The notes under the pieces are model-generated. The model did not search any database. It was given only the letters and a program-made list of their open reading frames with translations, and was not told where the DNA came from. Both the position numbers and the translations under genes were made by a program. This document shows, one piece after another, positions 1 to 12,121 of a stretch of DNA of 64,000 nt. The DNA is taken from the NCBI RefSeq assembly GCF_016432865.1, contig NC_067401.1:104284001-104348000 (forward strand), given 5' to 3'. Origin of the DNA: Antechinus flavipes (lineage: Eukaryota). Numbering within the stretch: the stretch's first letter is position 1; each line of letters starts with the position of its first letter.

Positions 1-940
1 CGGGAGATCACAGAGGCTGCTGTGCTCCTCTTCTACAGATGACCATTGTGTCATTCTGAAACTAGAAATTGTCACTTTCATGGATGGGTAACCTCCCTTC
101 TCTTCAAGAACCAACATGAGATGATTTATCTGGGCATATAATATGTAGCATAATAAATTCTATTGAAGCATGACTTTTGCTTTCTGTGTGAACTTGGGCA
201 AGGCTCTCAAATTCTCTGTACCTTCTTTTCTTTATCTGTGCAATGAGAGTATTACATTAGACATGCTCTAGCTCAGGACTATGGTACCATGATCCTATGC
301 CTATGGCTGGATAGTTAAAGCATTTTTGAAGCACTTACTATATGCCAGGCACCGTGTTGAAGGGCGAGGATTAAAAACATCTACATCCTTGCCATCGATT
401 GTTATGGTAGTGGCGGAGCAGTGTCCTGGAAAACAACCCAGGCAGGAGGCTATCATTTTTCTGGGAAATGACATGGAGGACTGATGCCAGGCAAGATAAG
501 GTGAAAATGTACTTAAGAGAGCTCACAGTGGCTTTAGAGGAAGAGTTCAAGATCCTTGTTGGGGGGGTGGGGAGGATGAGGATGGTGCTTAGATTGTAAA
601 CCTGACTTAGAAATAGCAACCTTAGGTCCCTCCTAGCTCTAAATCTCTGAGTTCCTTACATTCATGGAGCTGTTCACAATTCATTCTTTGAGGTAAGGGA
701 TTGGTTTTCTCCAGAGTTTAACCCAAAGCTTTGCACATAGTTGATGATTAAACAGCATTTATTGAATTTAATTGTATTTTTCCTTATCTGTCACCTTAAT
801 AATATTCCTTCAGATTTGTTTAATTTCATTATACTGTCCTGAATTCATTATTCATCTTGAAATCATCCTCCTACCGTCTTCTATGGCTCTAGCAATTGAC
901 TTAAATTCTTTCCTTACAATCATGACTCAATAGCTAAGGA

Positions 941-1165
941 GTACAGTGGATAGAGAACTGGAGTACAGTTAGGAAGACTTGAGTTTAAATCCAGCCTCAG
1001 ACACTGGCTATGGGATGTTGGGCATGTCACTGAACACTGCTTCCCTCGCTCAGTTCCTCATGTAAAAATAAGCTGGAGAATAAAATGGCAAACTGTTCCA
1101 ATATCTTTGTCAAGAAAAACCCCAAAATAAGGTAGCAGAGAATAAGACACCATTGAACAACCATA
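941..1165 (+). mobile_element. CORE SINE (MIR/MAR1-like); one of many, e.g. 2420-2680, 14553-14670, 15010-15240, 29280-29640, 34600-34760, 42820-43400, 45780-45897, 46750-47000, 59470-59720
   Basis: gtggatagag / gagttcaaatcc / ggcaagtcactt / gaggaaactgaggc consensus motifs. Confidence 0.75.
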
Positions 1166-1639
1166 CTCAGGATTAACATCCCTGTTTTAGACCTTGAGAT
1201 TTTGGTCACTATCCTTTAAGATGAGGGGCAAAGAACCTCTCCTGTGGAAGGCCTTGCAGATGTGCCCTCCACACCATCCCTGCATGTATCAGAGCTTTCT
1301 CCTTTAAGATCACCTTATATGTTTCTATTTTTGTTTTATTTGCTATATCTTCTTTTAGAATGTAAACTCCTTGAAGGTAGCATCTGTTTTTGCCTTTCTC
1401 TGTCTCCCCAAGTCTTAGCAGAGTCCGGAGGAAATAAATGTCTAACAAATGCTTGTTGGTCAAACTGTCACTGCTGAAAACTAACAGAGGGAGGAGCCCT
1501 CAGAACAGAGAAGCTGACCTCACTAGCTAGCTCTGTGCTCTTGCTGGGCTCAAGCCTGTAAACATATATGATGAGAGCTCAGAGGCTGAGGTTTTCTCAA
1601 CTCAGTTCTGACAATTTATTAACTCACACAAGATCAGCC

Positions 1640-1820
1640 ACAGCGTGGAGGAAACTGTGGCCGGACTAATTATGAGGGTTCTGTGCTTCAGCGAAGGCCT
1701 GTGCTTTCCCCCACCAGCATGCCTTTGCTTCTTATTATTTTCAAGGCAGTGTAAACCACACTGAGGGGGGCTAGGTGAGGGAAGCAAGTGTCAGCTGGGG
1801 GGTTGAGGAATCCTGTAGAG
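1640..1820 (+). promoter_or_regulatory. Putative CD244 proximal promoter/5' UTR
   Basis: Directly upstream of the ATG; RUNX-type AACCACA at 1754-1760 and GAGGAA ETS-type core near 1648; motif match only. Confidence 0.35.
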
Positions 1821-1875
1821 ATGCTTTGGAAAACTTTCACTCCACTTCTCTTCCTTGTCTTGCTTCAGAACCAAG
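1821..1875 (+). CDS. CD244: CD244 exon 1, signal peptide MLWKTFTPLLFLVLLQNQ(G)
   Basis: ATG at 1821, hydrophobic leader, phase-1 donor CAAG|gtaag at 1876; joins in frame to the IgV exon; resembles human 2B4 leader MLGQVVTLILLLLLKVYQGK. Confidence 0.85.
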
Positions 1876-3594
1876 GTAAGGGGTACCAGAGGGGGGATTA
1901 AGTATGATTAGGACCAGAGAGGTGTTGTGAGGAATAGAGAGCTACAACAAATGGAACACCCCTCCATTACTAAAATAATTGAACTGTCTTAGCTTCTGAG
2001 ATATCACTGATGCAATTAAAATCTAATGAAATAGATGGGGCACCAATTTGGGAATGAGATTGTGGGTGAGAACTCAGTGATTGTTACCAACTCCCTTAAT
2101 GGTCCCAAACAGAATCTCTAAGCAGGTCTTCTTGCTTCCTGCTTTTGTTCCTGAACTTCATCTTTCCAGGCTGTGAAATAAAAAGAACCATTCCTGACTG
2201 TGTGCACTGGATAGGTCTGAAAACCTGAGTTCAAATCTGGCTTTAGACACATACTACTTGTGTGATCCTGAAGTAGTTATTTAATTTCTGTCTGCCTCAT
2301 TTTCCTCAACTCTAAAATGAACATAATAATAGCACCTACCTCTCAGGATTGTTGTGAAGATTAAGTAAAATAAGAATTGAAATGCACTCAATCCAGTGCC
2401 AGGCATATGGTTTGTTGTTCTTGAGTGGTTTCAATCATGTCCTACTTTTCATGACCCCATTTGGGGTTTTCTTGGCAAAAATACTAGAATGGTTTGCTAT
2501 TTCTTTTTTTAAATAATAATAATACTTAATTTCTTAAACAACAGTTTAGAAACTGAGGCAAACAGGCTTACATGATTTGCTCAGTCACACAGCTACTAAG
2601 TGTTTGAGGCAGGATTTGAGACTCATCAGGAAGATGAGTCTTCAAACTCAGTGCTCTATCCCCTGTGCCACCTAAGTATATATAAATGTTATATATAATG
2701 TTAGCCATTATTATTGTCTTAGAAGTTCCAGGGAGCCAACGAAGATATTTGAGCAAGATGTTAACATGGCTATATCTGTGCTATGTATTATTTTCTAAAC
2801 TCGTTGAGAGTTCTATTAAAGGGAATGCAAACTTGAGCCAAGCTGACTAATTCGGAAGCTTTTTCAATAGTCCATGTGCAAAGTAGAAGCTATATAAATA
2901 GAGAGAAGGACATGGAATCGGAGGTATCTGTGGGGATAGACAGTGTAAGATTTAGCAAGTGATGGTATATATGAGCTGAAAGATAATGAGAGCTCCAGAT
3001 TGTGAACCTGTTTCACTGAAAGAATGGGGGTACCTTTAATGGGAAGGAGGAAATTTGAAGAACAGGAAAGTTCAGATAGGGGAAAGATAATAAGCTTTGT
3101 TTTGGACATGTTGATTGTGAGATGTCAGTGGGACACGGTTGGGTATGGGGTGGAAGTTCAAAAGAGAGTTTAGGGGTAGGAATCACCTATATGGAGATAA
3201 TAATTAGAACACATGGGAATTGATAAGATCAAAGGAATGAGTACACTTAAAGAAGAGGAGTGTATCTAGGACAGAGCCCAGGGTTACACTTGTATGAAAG
3301 GGACAGGCTGTGTATAACTGTGTATGAAACTCAGCAAGGGAAACTGAGAAGGAATGATTAGCTGTAGAGAATTAGGAGAGAGCTCTGTCACAGAAGCCAA
3401 GGGAGAAGAGAGTAAGGATCCAAGAGAATGGAACACTGTCAAAAGTAGCAGAGAGGTTAAGGAATATGGGGACTCAGAAATGACCATTGTCCAAGGACTA
3501 ATTGATTGACATATGAACATAACAATGTAACACTATGGATTATCATTCACATTATACCAACTCCAGTTGTTAATTGGAAACATTGTCCTTATTT

Positions 3595-3700
3595 TTGATC
3601 TCTCTCTTTGTCTGTCTCTGTCTGTTACTCTCTCTGTGTCTCTCCCTCCCTCTCTGTCTCTCTGTCTCTGTCTCTCCATCTCTCTCCCTCTCCATTCTTT
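3595..3700. repeat. TC/TCTG microsatellite
   Basis: Direct reading. Confidence 0.9.
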
Positions 3701-4569
3701 CTCTCTCCAAATATATGTATGTATATATGTACTTAAACATGCATATTGCAAATTTATTATTTCTCCCTTAACATGTCATTCATGTCCCATTCTCAAAATA
3801 ACACAGCTACCACCCTAGTCCATTGTGTTTATTTAACCTCCTCTGAACTATTAAAACTATATCCTTATTATTCTCTCTGCCTGTAATCTTCTTCTAGTCT
3901 CAAACATCCTCACCTAATATGTCAATGTGAGTTTTCTAAAGTGCAGTCTGCCCATGTCATCCCCATCCCCATACTAAATAAATTCCAGTGGCTCCCTCTT
4001 CCCTTCAGGATGATATAGAAATACTGTTGCTTGATATTTAAAGCTGACAGTCTAACCTTTCACACTTTTAAAATCTTCTTACACTTGGCTCCATTTTATA
4101 CATTTTACAATTCAGCTACATTGACCTATTTCTCATTTCTCATATACAAGACTCCATTTCCTGACTTTGTGACCAGGGTCTAGAATGCTCTCTCTCCTCA
4201 TCTCTGCATCCAAGAAACCCTGACTACTTTCAAGACAGGTGAAATGCTACCTTTGTTATGAGACCTTTCATGGTTTCTCCAGCCAACAGTTTTTTTCTTC
4301 TAATATTACTTTAAATATACTTTATAAGTGTCTTGTGACCCTCTCCAATTATCCTGATCTATGTCTTACCAATGAACCCAAATGACTGACCGAGAAAGTG
4401 AGGCTGGTGACTTTGCACAATCCATCATCATTTAAATCCAACTGTCATGGCATCACGTCCCTAGGATCAGGGTCCTCTTTAAGAATGAAGGACAAACAAA
4501 CAACAACCTTTGTGAGTAGAGCTGGTCCATTGGGGACTTAGCTGAACTGTTCAATTTAGAAATATATCT

Positions 4570-4820
4570 TTTCCTTTTTTTCCTTTGTTCATTACTTCCC
4601 TTCCTCCTTTCCTCTCTCCTTCCTTCTCTTCTTCTATCCTTCACTCCTTCCCTCTTTCCTCCCTCCTTTCTTCCATCCATTCATTCTTCCTTTCTTTGCC
4701 CCTTCCTTCCTTTCTGCCTCCCTTCTTTCCATTCCTCTCTTCCTTTCTTTTCTCACTCTTTGTTTTTCTCTTTTTTCCTCCTTCCCTCCCCCTTTCCCTT
4801 CCCTTCCTTCTTCACTCCTT

Positions 4821-4858
<38 letters not shown>

Positions 4859-4862
4859 CTTT
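4570..4862. repeat. CT-rich low-complexity tract ending in (CT)n
   Basis: Direct reading. Confidence 0.9.
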
Positions 4863-6035
4863 ATTTCCTCATAATGAATTATACCCTTCCTATGGGTGTT
4901 TTGCCCAAAGAAATGTATTTTTTTTCATTAATGAAACCTCCCAAGATATATTGGGGTTTACTGGCTAGATACTTTTCTATGGACCACGATTTAAATCCAA
5001 GTCACTCTGGCTTTCATTGCTTGACCGACAAGAGGTCCCAGAGCAAGTCCCAGTTGACCATATTTGGGTCCTGATTGGTTCACAATGAATATAAATAGCA
5101 ATTGTTTCTGTTTTGGAAAGAATCCTTGAGTGTCTTTATCTCTCAGATTGGACTATTTTACATGGCGGGGGGGACAGGTAAAAGAGGCCATTACTTGCCT
5201 CATATTTTACCTAGCTTTAATAAGTCAAACTGAAAACTGTTAAAGAAATTATCTTTAAAAGGCCAAGGTCTCCTACTGTATCCAGGACCAGTTCCAGTAT
5301 TCATGATTCATATATTGCCACTGGATCCACATCTCTGGAAGAAAAAAATGGGGCTGGTGACTTTGAATAGCCTTCCCTCACATAAATCCAAGTCTTTTGC
5401 ATGTCATGGCATCACCTCCCTGACATCATGGTTGTCTTCCTGAACCAAGGACAAACAATAGCAGCAAGTGTCTTGTACATTCATTTGCATGTTGCTTTTC
5501 CCATTAGAATATAAAGTCCTTAAAATTTTTGCCTTTTTTTGGATTCCCAACTTTTGCACACTGTTTAACCCATAGAAATCACTTAAGAAATGCATGCATG
5601 GTTGGCGGCCAGTTTCCTCATTTGTAAAATGAGCTGGAAAAGAAAAAGGCAAACCACTCCAGTAGTTTTGCCAAGAAAATCCTAAATGAGGTCTTGTTGA
5701 GGTGGATGTGACTGAAACAACTGATCAGCAACAATAACAGCAATAAATGCTTTGTTTTTTAAGTATGTTTCCTGTAAAAGAATCTGTTGTAATGTTTATT
5801 ACCTATGCAAAATAAATGAAAAGTAGTTTTATGGGGTGAATATACTAGAATGTGAGGGAATTAGAAAAGACTTCTTATAGAAGGTGGTATTAAAGCTGAC
5901 CTTCTAAGCTAACTAGAGATTTTGAAAAAGAGGTAAAGATGGAGCTCATTCCAGGCATATGAGTCAAGCAAAGAGTTGGAAGTATGAAGCATGAGAAACT
6001 GGAAGGAGAACAGTTTAAATTTTCTTTTATGTTTT

Positions 6036-6468
6036 CAGGATAGCATTTTTTAAAATAACTTTTTATTGATAGAACTCATGCCAGGGTAATTTTTTACAGC
6101 ATTATCCCTTGCATTCACTTCTTTTTTTTTTTTAATTTAAATTTTATTTTAGTTAATAATAACTTTGTATTGACAGAATCCATGCCAGGGTAATTTTTTA
6201 CAACATTATCCCTTGCACTCGCTTATGTTTCGTTTTTTCCCCTCCCTCTCTCCACCCCCCCCCAAGATGGCAAGCAGTCCTATATATGTTAAATATATCC
6301 TTGCATTCACTTCTGTTCCAATTTTTCCCCTCCCTCCCTCCACCCCCTCCCCCAGATGGCAAGCAGTCCTATATATGTTAAATATGTCCTTGCATTCACT
6401 TCTGTTCCAATTTTTCCCCTCCCTCTCTCCACCCCCTCCCCCAGATGGCAAGCAACAGGATAGCATTT
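6036..6468 (-). mobile_element. Composite L1 3'-end insertion with 13-bp TSD
   Basis: caggatagcattt at 6036-6048 and 6456-6468; two L1 tails inside and three 88-89 bp tandem units. Confidence 0.8.
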
Positions 6469-6786
6469 AATGGATTGAATGCATAGTAAGGCTAGAAAAT
6501 TAGCTTGGATAAGTGATAAATTTTTATTTGATCTTTGGGTTAATATCGAAATACTCAAATTTATTGGGCAGGAGAGTGATATGTTCTGAAACATGTTTTT
6601 GTAAAGCCATTTTAAATAACTAGATGGAAGTAGAAGAAGAGAGAGTGTGAGGGTAGCTAAGTGGCAGAGTGGATAGAACACCAGAGTTCAAATCTAGCAA
6701 CAGATACTTAATACCTCCTAGCTGTGGGACCTGGGCAAGTTACTTAACCCCAAATGCTTCAACCAAAAAAAAAAAATAAAAAAAAA

Positions 6787-6789
<3 letters not shown>

Positions 6790-6829
<40 letters not shown>
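6790..6829. repeat. (GT)n microsatellite; others are (TA)n at 54794-54843 and (GT)n at 62252-62287
   Basis: Direct reading. Confidence 0.95.
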
Positions 6830-6832
<3 letters not shown>

Positions 6833-7731
6833 AGCATGAGATTTTTGGTGTCTCTCAACAACCAAAGACCCCACAATGGTGATCATCAAATACTCAAATG
6901 TCTTTGGAAATCTGGGTGTCCCTGGAAGGCAGAGATCAACCCTGATTAGGGAACAATAAATGGAAAAGTGGACTTTTAAATGAGGTTGTGAGCTGAAAGC
7001 CTTCAGTTCCTCCTGCTGAGAATGTGGCTTGGTGAGGATTCTAATCTTGATCTTGAGATCAGTCAGAATGGTTGCCTTATTTTCTCCACTTTGGTTCAAC
7101 AGCCTATGTGAGTGAACAAAAGCAGGGGATATTGGTAGTGATCCAAAACTGAGGCTTTACTGGACACAGTCCATGACAGGATAATGGGACAAGAGACTTG
7201 AGAGAAGAATCATTCATTTTATGTGAGAACAAAAAAAAAAAAATACTTAGATATTTTTCTTCTCATAATGGCACGTTAGCTATACAAAGAAGTTTGAAAA
7301 AGTGATGGCTTTTCTTTAGTTTGTATTGACATATGTTCTGGTTCTAGATAAAGAAGAGTTTTATGCAGTTTCTCTAAGAACAAATTTAGGCAGACTAGAT
7401 CATCATTTGACATAGGCTTAGAAATACTGGCTATCCTGTCCACAAGAAAAGTGGGAAATTGTCTCATGTTTATCCTTTGACTCTATGTTCTTTTATCCTA
7501 GATCATAAATTCTGGGGCAGAGCCATTCATTATGGCTCTGCATACAGGTAATATTTAGCATAGAAGATTTATTTGGGAGAGGACAAAAGGGAACGCAAGG
7601 AAAAGAATTCTACTTTAGTGCTACACTGAGACTGCTCTGTGAACATATATATTAACCTTCATTTTGGAGGGTTATAGATATTGTACTCTCAAAGCTAGTG
7701 ACCTCTCATTTCCTGAACTTTTCTCTCTTAG

Positions 7732-8067
7732 GAACACCAGGTTCTGATATGAGCATAAATGTCATCATGGGAGGTCGTATCCAGTTACAGCCAATTTGGA
7801 GTCAGGAGTATTCATCCAGTTCAAAATTCACTTGGTTTGTGACACTATCTTCAAGTAAGCAGACAATTAAAATACTGAGTTGGGAAACAGATAAAAAGAT
7901 GAAATGTGAAGCTAAGCAATTTAAAGACAGAGCTCATATCCAGCCTGACAACTTGACTTTATTCATTAACTCAGCTCAGAAGAATGACAGTGGTTGCTAC
8001 TACATGCAAATCACCAGTCAATCAGGACAAACTTTTAAGTCTACCTCATTCCAGGTTTCCGTGTTTG
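7732..8067 (+). CDS. CD244: CD244 exon 2, IgV domain (GTPGSDMSINV...IQLQP...FTW...ILSW...NLTLFINSAQKNDSGCYYMQITSQSGQTFKSTSFQVSVF)
   Basis: Acceptor ttctctcttag|ga, donor TTTG|gtgagt, phase 1-1, open frame; motifs match human 2B4 (LQLQP, ILKW, NLSLLIKAAQQQDSGLY, TSISG..TFQVFVF). Confidence 0.93.
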
Positions 8068-8159
8068 GTGAGTATCTATGATGATATTTTCCAGTCCCTT
8101 TATCAGCATTGCAGTACCTGTTTCACCTGGGCCAATTCTAACAGAATTTTTGCATCTAG

Positions 8160-8447
8160 ATCCTGTCCAAGCTCCACAGATCCAGGTGACTGGAAAATCA
8201 TGGAATAACACCTTATGCCATGTGAACCTGTCCTGCTTTGTTCCTGGGAACAGTAATTTGGTATACACTTGGTACAGAGGGAGAGAACGAATTAAAACCT
8301 CAGGAAAGCATGCCCATGTACAGCTCTATATCCAAGCCAACACAGAGAATTTTTATTCTTGTAATGCCAGCAACCCAGTTAGCTCAGCAAGCCATACCAC
8401 CAACCTTGCCCAGGCATGTGCTAGCCCAGATTATAGAACAAGCCCAG
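8160..8447 (+). CDS. CD244: CD244 exon 3, IgC2 domain (DPVQAPQI...CHVNLSC...YTWYRG...YSCNASNPVS...CASPDYRTSP); alternative start at 8145
   Basis: Acceptor catctag|at, donor CCAG|gtaaga, open frame, four Cys and WYRG/CNxSNPVS as in human 2B4 C2. Confidence 0.93.
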
Positions 8448-11400
8448 GTAAGAAGAATATATCTTTACTAAATATCACATCTTTTTTGATAGTGACAAAA
8501 TCCTTCTAATATTTTTTTGAAGTATGTGAGAGCCATGGTTCTTAGTTAGTTTGAAAGAATTCAAAGAGATTATCTTGTAGTCACAAAAGCATTGATTTTT
8601 GCTATATCTGATGGACTAAGCTCTAAGTGAGTCTAGTGATTAAAAAAGAGTTTGGGGAGAGCTTTATATGTTGGAAATTTGGGGCTTAGCTAGTAGGTCA
8701 ACAGCCTATAAGGTTACAAATTAAAAAGAAAGATAAGAAAGCATCTAGGAAGGAGATTTTCATTCAAGTAAGGATATAGGATGTCTTTTATCAAGGTACT
8801 ATAAACTTGACAGGATGGGGTTTCTGCAGGGGACAAATAAGGAGCAACAGATAAGATGTTTTAGTATTCCACATTCCTTAGCTCGATAAGTAGTTTTGAG
8901 TAGACCTTGGAGTCTGTTCTATAATCTCTCCCATTTTTGTCTTTGGGGGAAAGGAAATTCTGGGAAGAAAAGTTGAAGGTCTTGTTCTTCTACAGGAGCT
9001 GTGGCTGCTTCAAGTTGGAAGGCAGTGTAGAGCTGAATCTTCCTTACAGGGAAGGTCTCACTCAAAGGAGTGATTAGCTCAGAAGCAGGGTTAGAAGCTG
9101 GTTGAAGCAGCATCCAGTGGGTCTTGTAGTGTTGGCCACCATTCAAAGGTTAAATGACCAGAGCCTAAAGGAAATAAATCTAGCAAGTAGGGGATTATGG
9201 AATATGGCATTCTAAACAGTAAAAAAAAAGTTGGTTGGCAAAGAATACATGTGCCAAAGTGTTTAATAGTAGTTAGGCATTGGTTAGAGAGGAGGACTGG
9301 TTAAGGGTCTCCAGTGGGAGGCTTTTCTTTTGATAGGGCCTTCAGAAATATAAAGTGTTTCCCTCAGGGGCATAGATGGTGCCTGAAATCAGGCTTGTCC
9401 TAGTCTGATGAAAGAATTAGTTCTCCCCTCTTCCTCTCCCTCCTCCCCCAACTAACAGGAGCCCGCAGGATGTGGCAGAGAGAGCATACAGGGTGGGATA
9501 GAGAAGGCAGGAGAGTGCACTAAGAGATGGGCCTTCATTCTTGGGATATTATGATTGAAAGCACACAAAACATGGTTTAAGAAGTGTGGAAGAAAACAAT
9601 CGATGTGGACAAATTATGATTAGTTTTTTTTTTTTTTTCATCTTTCCTAAGAACTGAGGATGCAGGTGAAGGGGAGATAATATTTTAAGTGCCCCAGTCA
9701 CAATTTGTTTTATTTGTGATGTGAAGGTTGGGCCATAGTTACTCTGTAAAAAGCTTGGTAGCCAAAAAGAGGTATGATCTCTTTTAGTAGAGACTTTGCT
9801 GTTCTTATGCTACCCTGGCTCTTCCTCCTGAGTAATTTTCTCTGCAATGAAAGTAAAAATAGACTTAATTCAGGAAGTGTGACACCAGTTGGAGCAATAT
9901 AACCTCAGGGGAATGACATCATAACTTGTCTTTCTGACATACAGTAAGGATGGAATGGGACTGTAATCAAAATTCCATTGAACAAATAGCCTATGTAGCA
10001 TTGGGATGAACGTAGAGCCCAGCAAAGAGAAGCCACGATCCCCAGGAAGAAGATTGCTTCGGGGAGCTGAGATTATATTTAACTTAAAAGTAATCTTCAG
10101 AAAGGGGGGATACTACTAGGTCAGCTGAAGCATTCAACCTTTCCTTAACAGGGATCTTAGAATAGTCCTCTGTCAAAAAGCAGGATGTTGAGTTTAGCCC
10201 AAACCCCTATATGAGGCATATGTGAAAAGTCTGTCTGCCCATCTTTTTCAAGCAGGCAATCTGATATTCTTTCCCTAAACAGACAAGTATACCTTTTCTG
10301 AACAGGTTTTAGAAGAAGGGGGTTAACAGCATTTTCAGGGTTCACTTGGGCACAAAATATTAGATCTTGGACAGGTCTGTTAATCCTGCCTAATAGTGTT
10401 TTCTAGGCTCTGACCAGTGAAAATAGATTTCACGGGACTGGAGGGCAATCTCTGTAGCTTGGTGTAGACCTAAGAGAAATTTCTACTGGCTTGTCTGTGA
10501 GATTAGAAGCTACTTTGAGAGTATTTAAAAGCATCCAGAGGATGAAAGAGCATATCCCTTCTCTTTTGCAAGGACCTATTATAGGATAGAAGATAAGAAT
10601 TGGAGAACTTGGGGGAGTAAGATTTTAGCCAGTGTATAGGTTGGTCAGCAGACTCTTTTGTGGCTGCATCAACAAGCCAATTTCCTATGGCTTAGTCTGT
10701 GCATATCAAATTAGTTACATGTTTGTACCACAGGACACATAGTACAACAGATATTTTTCCATATTAGGAATAAACTTAAATAAAATTGAATTTCCCATTG
10801 ATATAACACAAAATATTTCATAGCTTTACATGCCTCTAAGAAAACTGATTGTACTGAAATTCTCTTCTCCAAACTACACTGAAGATGTTTCAACAAACAA
10901 GAACTGTTGACTCCCACAAATAGTTGTATTAATTGTTTTTACATCATTTTGAAACCTTTAAGCACCTTATTTCATATATATATATACATCTAGTAACAAA
11001 TAAATGACTAGGTCAAATAGTCATTTGTCGAATGACTACATATTTTCAGATAGAAAATAATCATTTATTTAATGAATATACATTTTTATCTTACATACTT
11101 ACAATGTGCTCGTGGCTTCTATTGACCAATTACTCTGAATATAGAAATTTTCTGTAAGAGAAAAAAGCAGGGACATGATCATTACAGAAATCATCCTTAA
11201 CTCTGTTTGACCAGGTATGAATCACAAATGATAATTACCATTGGTTAAGTGATAACCAAATATGCAGTTACAATTTTACTCTATAGCCAGATTCAAGAAT
11301 ATGTGGAGAACATTATTGTATAAAGCAATGCAATTGGGAAATAGAGTTAGTAGGAGCCTACTTTCAGGGTGGAATGGTGGGTTTACTGATTAAATGGTCC

Positions 11401-11984
11401 ATCATTCACACCAGAAATCAGACTCAAAAAAAAATAATAGTATATAATATCCCAAGACATTTTCTCTCAAATAGCGAAGTCCAACATTAGAGGCTTATCC
11501 TTCATCAGAGACTTCAGCTCTCAAGGATCACATATCTTAAATAATAAGTGTTATATTGGTAACAGTAAGAGATTGATAACAGAAAATTCACACTTAACTT
11601 AATTTTAAACAATATTACACAAATGACTTTGGTTTAAGATGCTCAATAACCAATTATCCAAGATGGGATGTAGGATCATAACAAATAGATGAAAAATTAT
11701 AAAATGTGTTCAATTATGAAAGCTTTAAAGTGACTTTTATGCAACCAATTAAATTAGCCTCATCAAAATTACAAAATTTATCAGGCCTTACCTACATTAG
11801 ACATTTTGCTTAATATCTTTCAATAGTTTTTCCTTTCTTTTTCTTTTAAAACTATCCTGATTTAAAAATCAAATGAGATAATATTTGCAAAAGCACTTAG
11901 CACAATGCCTGAGACATAGTAAATGGTTAGTGAATACTTGTTCCCTTCCCTCTTCCCAACGATTCCTTGCACTTCCTTGCACAG

Positions 11985-12011
11985 GACAGGTACATAATAA
12001 TTCAATGTAAG
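11985..12011 (+). CDS. CD244: Candidate shortened CD244 exon 6 (DRYIIIQCK)
   Basis: Polypyrimidine tract ending gcacag|, donor AAG|gtaaaa, phase 0-0, 110 bp before the next exon; YIIIQCK resembles human YSMIQSQ. Confidence 0.4.
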
Positions 12012-12121
12012 GTAAAAGGTTCTTATCTTTTAAGATAAGTTGGAGTATGGCAGAGATAATCTCTCCACATCATTGTCATCACCCTTTCTTTTATAATAGT
12101 TTAATTTTTTCCTTTCACTAG

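Noticed and set aside
4453-5074. ORFs of 75-127 aa, also those at 3533-3818 and 62115-62538
   Set aside because: Translations of microsatellite and low-complexity DNA
8945-9030. RKFWEEKLKVLFFYRSCGCF as a decayed TM exon (compare human RFWPFL...LACFCV)
   Set aside because: Too charged, no splice sites, similarity at chance level
9791-9875. DFAVLMLPWLFLLSNFLC as the missing TM exon
   Set aside because: Short, interrupted by P/S/N, no basic cluster after it, poor acceptor and no GT donor in the right phase
10860-10915. ACTGAAGATGTT as a remnant of the TIYEDV exon
   Set aside because: Only about 10 nt match, no Tyr in frame, no splice signals
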